Of a DNA stretch of 22,756 nt, positions 10,801-21,742 are shown piece by piece. The notes under the pieces are model-generated. The model was not told where the DNA came from. It made no database searches and saw only the letters and a program-made list of their open reading frames with translations. Source of the DNA: Octopus sinensis (taxonomy: Eukaryota); NCBI RefSeq assembly GCF_006345805.1, contig NW_021836768.1, positions 1-22,756 of the forward strand, in the 5' to 3' direction. The translations under genes and the position numbers were made by a program. How positions within the stretch are numbered: position 1 is the stretch's first letter; each line of letters starts with the position of its first letter.

Positions 10801-11329
10801 ATGTCCCTCTTGGTTAGCAGATCCTACCATTTCATTCCGAGATGTCTTTTCAGGGGCATTTCCTCCAGCCCAGAGATCCTGTAAAGAGTCAGGGGCACTG
10901 CCTTTCCACCTAACGAAAAGATTTTAAAAAGTACAGTTATAAACATATATACATATATATATATATATATAATAAACAAATATATATATATACATATGTG
11001 TGTGTGTGTGTGTAGGTAACATATACATATACAAATATATACATGCATATATATATATATAAATATATATACATATATGCACACGTGTGTATGCGTATGA
11101 GTGTGTGTGTGTATATATGAATATTTATTCATACTTACAGACATGTATATGTAAGAGAAAAGAACATCGACTTGGTACGTCTTTATTTCATGTTACATAT
11201 GTTTCAGTATTCGACAATACACGGCATCACGCAATAGATGCAACCAGTAGAGGAACCCTACAGGGGTGCATCAACTAGTTAAATATTTATGTAAGCATAA
11301 GTATGTGCATATGTAGATATATGGAAGTG

Positions 11330-11437
11330 CGTATGTATGCATATGCGTATGTATGTATGTATGTATGTATGTATGTATGTATGTATGTATGTATGTATGT
11401 ACGTATGTATGTATGTATGTATGTATGTATGTATGTA
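11330..11437. repeat. (TATG)n microsatellite
   Basis: Near-perfect tetranucleotide array. Confidence 0.97.
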
Positions 11438-11457
11438 GTACAAGGCTGTGGGCTTAA

Positions 11458-11614
11458 TACGCTTGCCACAAATGATCTCATCACTAAGAAACAGACACAC
11501 TTTTGGCGTCCCGATCTCAACAGAAATGAAATACCATCAGAAATTTTTGTGCATCTGCACCTGGGGGTAACATGCCCCTCTCAAGATCCGTCTCACATAG
11601 ATAGACAGACAGAC

Positions 11615-11693
<79 letters not shown>

Positions 11694-11802
11694 CAGACAG
11701 ACACACATTCATACATATGGTTTTTCATGTCTGTTAATTAAGGTCGGGACGCCAAAAGTGTCTTTGTTTCAGTGTGTTGAGAGCTTTTGTTACGAGCGTG
11801 TA
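11458..11802. mobile_element. Tc1/mariner-type MITE with internal (GATA)n
   Basis: Imperfect inverted arms of about 65 bp with a perfect 18-bp core ACACTTTTGGCGTCCCGA (11497-11514) / TCGGGACGCCAAAAGTGT (11744-11761). The ends are TA-flanked (11458-11459 and 11801-11802). (GATA)n at about 11600-11690. Confidence 0.7.
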
Positions 11803-12029
11803 AACCACACAACCATATTTTTACACACACACACACATACACACACATATATATATATACATGCATATACATATATACATATACATATAGACATTCGTGT
11901 GTGTGTGTATCCCATGATGTTATGCATTCTTACAATATGATGCTTGTTTTCTACATTCCGATTTATTGCAATCTTGCACAGACTTCCAATCATCTTGGCA
12001 ATTAACGACGCTTGATTCTTCCTTTTCTT

Positions 12030-12060
<31 letters not shown>

Positions 12061-12329
12061 TTATTATTATTATTATTATTATTACCTTTTTTTATATAGC
12101 CTGCTTGTATCTATCTGGTCGTGTGTGTTTGTGTGTATGAATAAGCGTGTATGTGAATATTTATGTATGTTTGTATGTGTTTATACATGTGTATACGCCT
12201 GTGTCTGTGTCTGAGTTAAACATGGTTCTATTCGCCCCCCCCCCTTCTATTTGCTTTATTGTTTGGAGGTCTGTTCTACCTCAGCACAGAATTAGACATC
12301 CACATGTCAAAGACATGAGATGAAGAGAT

Positions 12330-12620
12330 GGATGGATGGGGAGGTGATGGTGGTGGTGGTGGCGGCAGCGGTGGTGGTGGTTGCGGTGGTAGTGGTGATG
12401 GTGGTAGTGGTGGTAGTGGTGGTGTGGGGTGGTGGTGGTGGAGCATGCGTAGTGGCCCAGTTCTTGTAGTTAACAATAACCATGTTTTTGTGATTCTTGT
12501 TCTTGTTGCATGCAACTCGTTGTTGTTATTGTTCTTCTTCTTCTTCTTCTTCTTCTTCTTCTTCTTCTTCTTCTTCTTCTTCTTCTTCTTCTTCTTCTTC
12601 TTCTACTTCTTCTTCCATCT
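12330..12620. repeat. Compound (GGT)n / (GTT)n / (TTC)n trinucleotide repeats
   Basis: (GGT)-rich at 12340-12442, long pure (TTC)n at about 12531-12603. Confidence 0.95.
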
Positions 12621-13349
12621 ATTGTTCTCTTCCATTTTGTTTTCGCCATTCTTTTGTTTTTCTTTCATTTCGTTGTTTTTCAACATTTATTTCTAGTTAG
12701 ATATACTCAGAATCATTTGAAGCTAACACAACTATTTGTTTTCTTAACTCCATCGAGGTATTGTTTCATATTCTTATCGTTATACTTTTTCTTCTTCCCG
12801 CTCTTCTTTTCCTTTGTTATTTTGCTGAACATGTGTATTTCTTTCAGTACTACGCCATTTTGTTTGTCTTTCTATTTTCTCGTTGGATTTTTACATCCAA
12901 TGTTATCTGTCCAGATTTTCGTTTCACTAAATTCAGCTTTTGGATGGCTAAACTTTGAGAAAAAAAAATAGCAAACACTACCCGAAACTTCGTTGTTTCT
13001 TGTTTAAGTTTCCCAAACATTCACCCACAAACAGTTCTTCCAAACATTTGCCGAAACAACGTGAGGCCTCCTGTCAATTTGATAGTTATTGCTTTTGAAC
13101 TTTCCATGTTAGTCTGAAAGATAAGATATGATTCATGGTTTGATGTGGGGTTACTTTTCTGACAAAAATCTCCCAGTTTTAAGATTAAAATCACGAAATA
13201 TCTAAATATCAGCAGACATAACGTTAAAATTGGAGGTGGACATACGATGAATTGCAACAGACGTACAATAAATAGCTGCAGACAAACGATAACCTCAGTC
13301 AACAGCCTTATTAGAATATTTAATTTACTTATTGCCAAAACACCACTTT

Positions 13350-13774
13350 TATGCATGTATTATATTATATATATATAATATATATATATATATATAATCT
13401 AAATACACACAGACACAGACACACACACACCACACAACTATATATATATATATATATATACTATTATATATATATATACATACATATAATATATATATAT
13501 ATATATGTATATAGATATAAAAATACATGTACACATATAGACGTACGTATATAGACGTACGTGCATACATAAATACAAGCATACACACACATACAACAAT
13601 GCATATATGCATACATACAACAATATATGTATTACATCGACATTACTCTATCGAAGTATATATTAGAGAAATTATAAAGATAGAGAAAGAGAGAGAGAGA
13701 GAGATACACACATATATATACACAGACGCGTGTGTGTGTGAGTGTGTGTGTGTGTGTGAGTGTGTGTGTGTGCA

Positions 13775-13805
<31 letters not shown>

Positions 13806-13921
13806 ACTTTACCATACCCTGTACGGAGAATTATATTTTCATTTGGTCTCTTTAAGTTCTGAGTTGAGAATGCACAGAAGTATCGTTAAATTGCTTATCA
13901 AATTTCGTTTCGTATACAAAT

Positions 13922-13959
<38 letters not shown>

Positions 13960-14371
13960 GTATATATATATATATACATACATATACATACAAACATATA
14001 CATCTATTCTCAACCACGAGTGTCCGACGAACTCAAACGTGAAACTCTGAGTAACAGTTTTGTGATGTTTTGGCAGCTTTATTAATAAAGTATTAAAGAT
14101 ATATATATATTTATACATATACATATATACATATACGGTCTATATATATGTATGTATGTGTATGTATGTATGTAATATATACATATATATATATAAACAT
14201 ATTTATACATATATATATAAATATATGTATAATATATATATATATATACATATATAGACATATATATATACATATGATATATATGTATGTGTATATATAT
14301 ATGTACATATATATATACATATATATCATATATATTTATATATCTATGTATTTATGTGTAATATATATATA

Positions 14372-14418
<47 letters not shown>

Positions 14419-14508
14419 ATATATCGGTATGTTTGAACAAGCTTCCATTTTCCTATACTGAATAGATTTAAGTGTGCGCCATATTTCGAATATAAATACT
14501 TGTGTATG

Positions 14509-14544
<36 letters not shown>

Positions 14545-14580
14545 CTCCTCTCTCTCTCTCTCTCTCTCCCTCTCTCCTTC
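13350..14580. repeat. Compound (TA)/(CA)/(GT)/(CT) microsatellite field
   Basis: Direct inspection. It produces the spurious Y/I/H/T-rich ORFs. Confidence 0.9.
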
Positions 14581-15369
14581 CGATATTTAAACAAACATGA
14601 CAAGTACGGAATCAATGCAACTCCAATTGCATATTTCGCTTAAGGTGATGAAGACTTTTGTGCCACAAACAGATCGGGTTAACAACCGAACTACATAATT
14701 AGCGAGGGAGGATGAGGAGGAGGAACTGAAACAGGAGGAGGAGTAGGAGGAGAATTAAGCTGTGATACGTTTGAAACTATATAATAAGACTATGAAGTAC
14801 GAGAGTACAAGAGTATGAAAATAGCCCCCAAGGGTTGGCTACAGAGACGGAGCCGCAATGGCTCCTACCTTTCCGAACTAATGTTACATCGCTTCTGTTA
14901 TTTTCTCTGCTCTGTAGAACCCCACCATTTTCATCTCACTGAATTCCCCAACAATAATAGACTCTCCTTGGGTGGGAAACACTGGAATGAGAACAAACAG
15001 ATGGCGACGGTCGGGTATACGACAAAATGCGGACGGTGGGAGGGGGCTGTTTCGAAAGAGAGGCAGACAAAGACAGAGAGCGCGTGTATGTGATTTGAAA
15101 ACTTCGGTTTGGGTTTCAAATAAGCTCACACACCATGCTCACGGCAGCTTGATTTGAACCACGCACTCCCGTCTTCACAAATAGCATTATGTCCAGCTGT
15201 GGGATTCTGGGATTCGAAACTAAAATGGCTGACTATCACAACGGAAGTTGTCAGACATTGATTAAAGTAGAAGGAAATGTTTTGGCCTTCACGCACTGAA
15301 AAGCCTTGTGTCTATAATGACGCGTTCGAATATTAAATATATAAGAATATCGACCGTATACCTAAGTAA

Positions 15370-15413
15370 ATATGCATACCTATACATACATACATGCTTA
15401 CATTCAAACTTAC

Positions 15414-15444
<31 letters not shown>

Positions 15445-15473
15445 TGTATAATGTATGTAAGTATGTATGTATG

Positions 15474-15504
<31 letters not shown>

Positions 15505-15761
15505 GTATGTATGTATTTATATATGTATATATGTATGTAAGTATGTATGTATGTATGTATATATGTATGATGTATGTATGTATGTATGTATGATTGTATG
15601 CATGTATGTATGTATGTATCTATGTATGTATGTATGTATGTATGTGTGTGTGTATGCATATACATATGTGTGTATATAAGTATATATATAATATATATTT
15701 ATATATATATATATGACTGAAACAAGTAAAAGAATAAAAAATAAAAGAATTATTATTATTA

Positions 15762-15798
<37 letters not shown>

Positions 15799-15800
15799 TT
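15370..15800. repeat. (TATG)n/(TACA)n field containing an orphan family A SINE 3' tail at about 15714-15751
   Basis: ATGACTGAAACAAGTAAAAGAATAAAA is the reverse complement of the tail at 16594-16625. Confidence 0.85.
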
Positions 15801-15805
15801 ATATA

Positions 15806-16134
15806 ATAAACGAGCACTCGGTCGGTTACGACGACGAGGGTCCCAGCTGACACGATCAACGGAACAGCTTGCTCGTGTAATTAACATGCAAGTGGCTGAG
15901 CACTCCACAGACACGTGTACCCTTAATGTAGTTCTCAGGGAGATTCAGCGTCACACGCAGTTTGTCAAGGCTGGCCGTTTGACATACAGGTACTACTCAT
16001 TTTTGCCAGCTGAGTGGAGTGGAGCAACGTGAAATAAAGTGTCTTGCGCAAGGACACAACGCGTCGCCGGGAATTGAACTCACGACCTTTACGATCCTGA
16101 GCCGAATATCCTAAGCACTAAGCCACGTGCCTTC
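15806..16134 (-). mobile_element. SINE with family C head and an alternative long tail
   Basis: Reverse complement head GAAGGCACGTGGCTTAGTGCTTAG...GTGAGTTCAATTCCCGGCGACGCGTTGTGTCCTTG...CACTCAGCTGGCAAAAATGAGTA matches 4097-4243. It then diverges into ...GTGGAGTGCTCAGCCACTTG...GGGACCCTCGTCGTCGTAACCGAC. Confidence 0.85.
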
Positions 16135-16416
16135 ACATACATTTATAAATCACCGTGGTTTCGACACTTAACATCCAATCCAACCAGAACCCACTGCACC
16201 AAGTAAATGTTTTTAACGCTGCCTGAGAATTGCAAGATATAAAAAAGACGCCTGACGTGTGTGATAGAAAAAGTTCGTCGTACATAACACACGCACTTTT
16301 CCAAACCAACTGCAACATAAAAGTTTTAATTTATACAATCTGCCTTGAACCCAGAGTAATACAACCAAATGAATCGTTGCGATTCTTCAAATTAAAAGGA
16401 CAAACAAATATTAGAC

Positions 16417-16795
16417 TACATTATTTACATTATTTACATTTGACGGATATTTTTCCTCAACTTGTTTGTTGTTAACACAACGTTTCGGCTGATATACCCT
16501 CCAGCATATGGCATTGTGGTTAAGAGCGCGAGCTACTAACCCCAAGATTCCGAGTTCGATTCCAAGCAGTGACCTGAATAATAATAATAATAATTCTTTT
16601 ATTCTTTTACTTGTTTCAGTCATTTGACTGTGGTCATGCTGGAGCACCATCGAAAAATACCTTAGGAATGAGAACCCAGGTTCGAAATTTCCCCAAGACA
16701 CCTGATGAAGGCTGGAGGGTATATCAGCCGAAACGTTGTGTTAACAACAAACAAGATGAGGACAATAACCGTCAAATGTAAATAATGTACATAAT
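16417..16795 (+). mobile_element. Composite non-autonomous element: inverted arms, tRNA-like head and Penelope-type hammerhead tail
   Basis: Arms 16417-16505 and 16711-16795 are reverse complements, with a perfect 45/45 core (16461-16505 vs 16711-16755). A-box TGGCATTGTGG at 16509-16519, B-box GAGTTCGATTCC at 16552-16563, then (AAT)n, then the hammerhead-bearing segment. Confidence 0.8.
16697..16742 (+). ncRNA. Minimal type-I hammerhead ribozyme motif
   Basis: Stem I GACAC (16697-16701) / GUGUU (16738-16742). Core CUGAUGA (16702-16708) plus an extra A. Stem II GGCUG/CAGCC (16710-16714 / 16725-16729). GAAAC (16730-16734) is followed directly by the GUU triplet (16735-16737). Stem III is reduced to the palindrome ACGU. 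Activity is not demonstrated. Confidence 0.72.
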
Positions 16796-16875
16796 TCCTC
16801 ATCTCTTACAAACAGAACTGGAATATTAGATTAATTCTTAATAAACACAATTAAATAATATAAAATATATTTTAT

Positions 16876-17270
16876 TTTTTTACTTATTTCCGTGAATATA
16901 CTGCAGCGGTCATGCTGGGGCACAATCTTGGAAGGTTTTAATCAAACATTTCGACTGCAATATTTATGTTTTTTTAAGTCTGATTATCTGTCGGATATTT
17001 TGCTGAACCGCTAAGTTACAGGGATGTAAACAAACCAACACTGGTTATCACGTGAGGGGAGTGATAAACACAGACACAAGAACACGCAGACACACGTATT
17101 TATATGTATATATGCGAAGGGCTTCCCCACAGTTTCCGTCCACCAAATTCACTCACCGCACATTGGTCGGTCCGAGGATTTAGCAAAAGACACTTGCATA
17201 AAATGCCATGCTGTGGGAATGAACCCAAAACCACGAGGTTACAAAGCGAACTTGTAAACTCAAAGCCATG
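16876..17270 (-). mobile_element. tRNA-derived SINE, family A
   Basis: Collinear with 2993-3462: GCGGTCATGCTGGGGCAC...AAACAAACCAACA...CAGTTTCCGTCCACCAAATTCACTCAC...AAGACACTTGC...GGGAATGAACCC. Confidence 0.85.
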
Positions 17271-18279
17271 TAAACTATTGCTAACTAAACTTTTGTGTTA
17301 ATGACCACGAAGGCGGAATAAATAAGAAAAAAATAGTCATCACATAAACGTTAATTATCTATGTTGATTGCAAGTAAACAACATAGCAATTTAATTGCAA
17401 TTAACATAAATAAAAATCCTAAACCGTCATTCCACCATCCTGACAACGCACTTGTATTTCCTAGTGAGACGAGTGCAGTAAATGTGGCTGAGGAATCTGG
17501 AACCAAAATTAAGAGTCGAAAACTCGCTACGATAAAAGAACTTTAAAAGGTTAAACAAATATGCATCTGGTGCTTACAATACGAAATTCAATAGCAGGAA
17601 GAAACAGTCGTGGACTACTCTAAATTATTTTTGTGTCTAAGGGAATAAAATGGAATTAAATAAAACGTTAAAAACAGTACAAGTGTGTTAATTAAAAAAA
17701 AAATCAAATGAAATTATATTTTTGCTTAAACGAAAGAAGAATATGAGGAATTTATGTTTATTTAAATTTAGTTAATTTATTTTCCAGACTTTCGTTCTTG
17801 GGTGAAGAGGGCTGAGAGGGGAAACGGTGTATTTTAAGAACACTGGTTAGGGTTTTCATAATTAATCGAAGCCTGTCAGCTGTTTATTGATGTTGCAACT
17901 AATCAGAGGTCTATACAGCATCAGTCTGACAGTTAAGGGATCGAAATGGCATAACTGTCTTCGAGAAAATGTTGGTGAAACTTGATCAAAGTTTCTCTTT
18001 AAATCCTGTAAATATATAAAAGGTACCAAAACACATTTCTTACTTGCAGTCGAATCAGCTGTTTACTAAAGGGACACAACCAAAATGGAACAGTCAATAA
18101 TGTCCATTGATCAACCAATTAGCAATTATACATGTTCATAACTTCACCCCACAAGAGAATGCAACCTGGACACACAAGGGACAATATAAAATCGTGGAAT
18201 CTTCAATTTTAAATATGGAGTCCCAGAATGGTCTTTGTAGAGTGAAACAAATTAATGAACACACCAAAAGAAATATGTT

Positions 18280-18410
18280 ATTTCTGATTTAGGCACACAA
18301 GCAGCAGGTTTGAGAGGAGGGGCTTAGTCGATACCATGGCCCCCAGCACATGACTGGTATTTTACTTTGTTGATCCTAGGTGAATAAAAGGCACGGTTAT
18401 TTCTAGCAGT
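18280..18410 (-). mobile_element. SINE family B, old copy
   Basis: TTTCTGATTTAGGCACACAAGC...TTAGTCGATACCATGGCCCCCAG...ACTGGTATTTTACTTTGTTGATCC matches the family B tail. Confidence 0.65.
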
Positions 18411-19794
18411 TAGCGTGACCAGATAGAAGCCCGTTATTTTGAGCCGGCCCAAATAAACTACACACACACGTATATATGTATGTGTATGTGTGTGAGTGTG
18501 TCTGTGTGTGTCTGTGTGTGTGAGAGTGTGTGTGTGTGTGTTGTGTGTTGTGTGTGTGTTGTGTGTGTGTGTGTGTGTGTGTGTGTACATGCATTGCTCT
18601 TGAGCGTGGAAGGAATACTTAATTATCTGTTGATCATTAGTGTGAAATGGGGAAAAAATGAGTTTATTTTACATTAATTGAGAATCCATTAATATGTACC
18701 GGCTGTTGTAGTTGTTGTTGTTGTTGTTGTTAGAAAAAATCGTCTGGTTTCGGATTGAACTCGGTTCAACAAGTGTAGCAACAAGTTTATTAAAAAATTA
18801 ATCTGGCTATTAATCTAGAAATATCTGGAAGGTTTAGATAAATACATTAAAAAAAATTATAGAAAATAATCAAATAAGGCGTTGATTCGCGAAATTCAAT
18901 TGGAATTTTATAGAATAAAACCGAAGCAATAAAATGGCGAAAAAATAACTGGGTGGCATAATAAAAAAAAAAAGGAGTCTCTAAGATTAGAGCAGCAGCA
19001 AGAATTGCAAGAGTGGATGTCATCTTGGGAAAATATAATTCCAACGAAAACCTGGCGATATTTACTGAATCAGTGGGAGACATAGAAATATATTCTGCAG
19101 ACGTTAATAACAACCACGTAAATGACGAGAGTTATTTTCTTTAGCAGGACTACAATACGAAAGAAAGTTTAAAAACAACTATTTAAGATAGGTTTTTTAT
19201 AGACTTCAATATCTGTTGAGTTGCTTTTCTCGTTAGCTTTTATTTTAGACATTTATCTGCTTTATACATTTAGAAATGCGACTATTTACTTTAGAGAAAA
19301 CATGATGGGCTTTTGTCAATGTCTTTTATTTAGCTTCATGAAAATTTATATTAAAAAACAGATTCCTCTTGGTTTGCTTAAGATACTTTTTATTTACTTT
19401 TCAGAGGTTTTCGGGTAAGATATTTAGGTCTAAATGACATCATGCCAGATAGCAATTGTACAGTCAGTCAGGTTTATGACAACATCGTTGTTTGGAATAT
19501 AAAATAATAAAATAATAATAATAACGAATCCTTCACAAATGGGAAACGACTCCATTAGATCCTATTAATCTGCAAGAATTAAACCACAGCTTTTCGTTTT
19601 CTTCTTTTTGTTCATTAACAACTATTTTAAGCCCCTTTTCACTGTTGACACAACCGCTCTCACGCCCCTTTACTTTTAAATTCCAAACCTTAATTTATCT
19701 CAACTGTTCTTCGTCTTTCGCCCAACTCATTCAAATGGAAACTGTTTTCACACTTAAAAATGGAAGCTAGCGATATCTTTGTGTTTAACAAAAC

Positions 19795-20800
19795 TTAACG
19801 CAGACTGATTGCTAATTAAACACACCATTATTAAACGCATTACTGATTGCTAATTAAGCATACAAGAGCCTATCATCACTCCACATGATAACGTTTATTA
19901 ATTAGACACACGTTGCTAATCGTTAATTAAAGCACACAACACTATCGCTATGCGCAATACTGATAAACATACACACGATAATGCTTGTTAATTAAACACA
20001 CGTTGCTAATTGTTAATTGAACAACTCTACAATTCAAACACGTTACTGTTTATCAATGAAACATACACATGCCCACTAATCGTCCGCACCATTTCAACAG
20101 TTAATTAAACACTGTTAATTAAATACAGGTTACTAATTTGTCATTAAACTCACACAACTACATCATCACTCCACAGACGTTATTATTAATTATTAATTAA
20201 ACACGTTATTAAATTTGAATTAAAGAAACCCACAATTATCCCACACGTTACTGATTGCTAATTAAACACACTACTAATTGCTAACGAAACACACTACTGA
20301 TTAATCAATCACGCAATCCCGCCATTATTCTACGCATTGCTAGTTGCCCATTAAACATGCGAGATTATCATCGTTCTACCCTATAATAGTTACTAATTCA
20401 ACATATGTTACTAATTGTTAATTAAACACTTACAATTCTGCTGTCACTCCATACGTTGCTGATTGTTAATGAAACACTACTAATTGTTAATCAATCAACC
20501 GTTTCTTCACATCTTACTGATTGCTAATTAACTACTCATTAGTAATTATTCATTAAGTGAGTCTGCCGTCACTCCGCAGGTTACATGCTGTTAATTACAC
20601 CCATACACCTTACTAATTATTAGTTTATTAAATACACAGCTCTACCATCACTCCGCATGTTACTGATCAGTAACTAGTCACCAATTACAAATTGCTAATT
20701 AAGCAACTCTGCATCATTTCGCAGGTTACATGTTGTTAATTAAACACATCGATTGTAATTAAACGCAACTTTACACCACACGGCATTGTTAATTAATCAG
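19795..20800. repeat. Degenerate minisatellite of about 1 kb built from (G)TTACTAATTGTTAATTAAACAC units and interspersed ATCACTCC(A/G)CA motifs
   Basis: More than 20 variants of the TAATTAA-containing unit. The second motif recurs at about 19875, 20164, 20443, 20569 and 20647. Confidence 0.85.
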
Positions 20801-20838
20801 AAAAATACGAATAGCCTACGAAAAACAAAAACATAGCT

Positions 20839-20961
20839 TAAACGGATGTGCTCGCATTTGATTTCTTTCTCTAGTTGCCAATTAGAAATGATTTGGTGTC
20901 GAAATTGTAATTAGTTGCAATTGGCAACTGAAGAAGAGATCAAATGCGAACCCATCCGTTT
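20839..20961. repeat. Inverted repeat, arms of about 42 bp and a 40-nt loop
   Basis: AAACGGATGTGCTCGCATTTGATTTCTTTCTCTAGTTGCCAA (20839-20880) pairs with TTGGCAACTGAAGAAGAGATCAAATGCGAACCCATCCGTTT (20921-20961). Confidence 0.85.
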
Positions 20962-21470
20962 GTACGATGTTTGCGTTTTTCTTGCGTATTTCCTTGCTGT
21001 TTCGTTATGCTGCGTTTTGCAATATTTGTAACGCAGCGCAAACTGCCTTGTATATATATATAATATATATATATATATTATATATATATATGTGGGGGGG
21101 TGTATGCGTGTGTATATGTGTGTGTGTTTGTGTAGCTGTATGTGTGTGTGTGCGTGATTGTGTGTATGTAGATGTACATACATACGTATGTATGTGTGTA
21201 TATATATATATGCACATGGATACAAATATATATACACATATATATATATACATATATATATATACACTATGTATATATAAATCAAAAGTAAAATCGCACA
21301 ACAAACGGAAATCTTCAAAACATAACAAGCAGGAAAAGGACGATAGTCCAACAACGCAGACAGGACAAAACAAGATACACACGGATCGTTCGCAGCCAAT
21401 TACTTCTTCAGTCGGAGTCTGGAATGTCCACGTAGTTTCGCCCAATCCTCTACGATACAACTCGAAACCA

Positions 21471-21630
<160 letters not shown>

Positions 21631-21742
21631 CATAGACATGCATGCGTTCACGGGTAAAAATATGGGGAAAATATATGTTGAAAATGGACTCAGAATAGTT
21701 AAAATCCTTTTTTGATATAAAGCTTTAACCGGTTTCACAGTT

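Noticed and set aside
16205-16240. Minus-strand ISCNSQAALKTF resembling the RNase H motif SDSQAALKAL
   Set aside because: Single short motif with no flanking RNase H residues.
19795-20800. CRISPR-like repeat-spacer array
   Set aside because: Eukaryotic context, degenerate and irregular repeats, no unique constant-length spacers and no cas genes.
21400-21450. Possible type-II hammerhead on the minus strand (GAAAC-UAC-GUG ... CUGAAGA)
   Set aside because: The triplet would be GUG, which is not NUH, and stem II does not pair.
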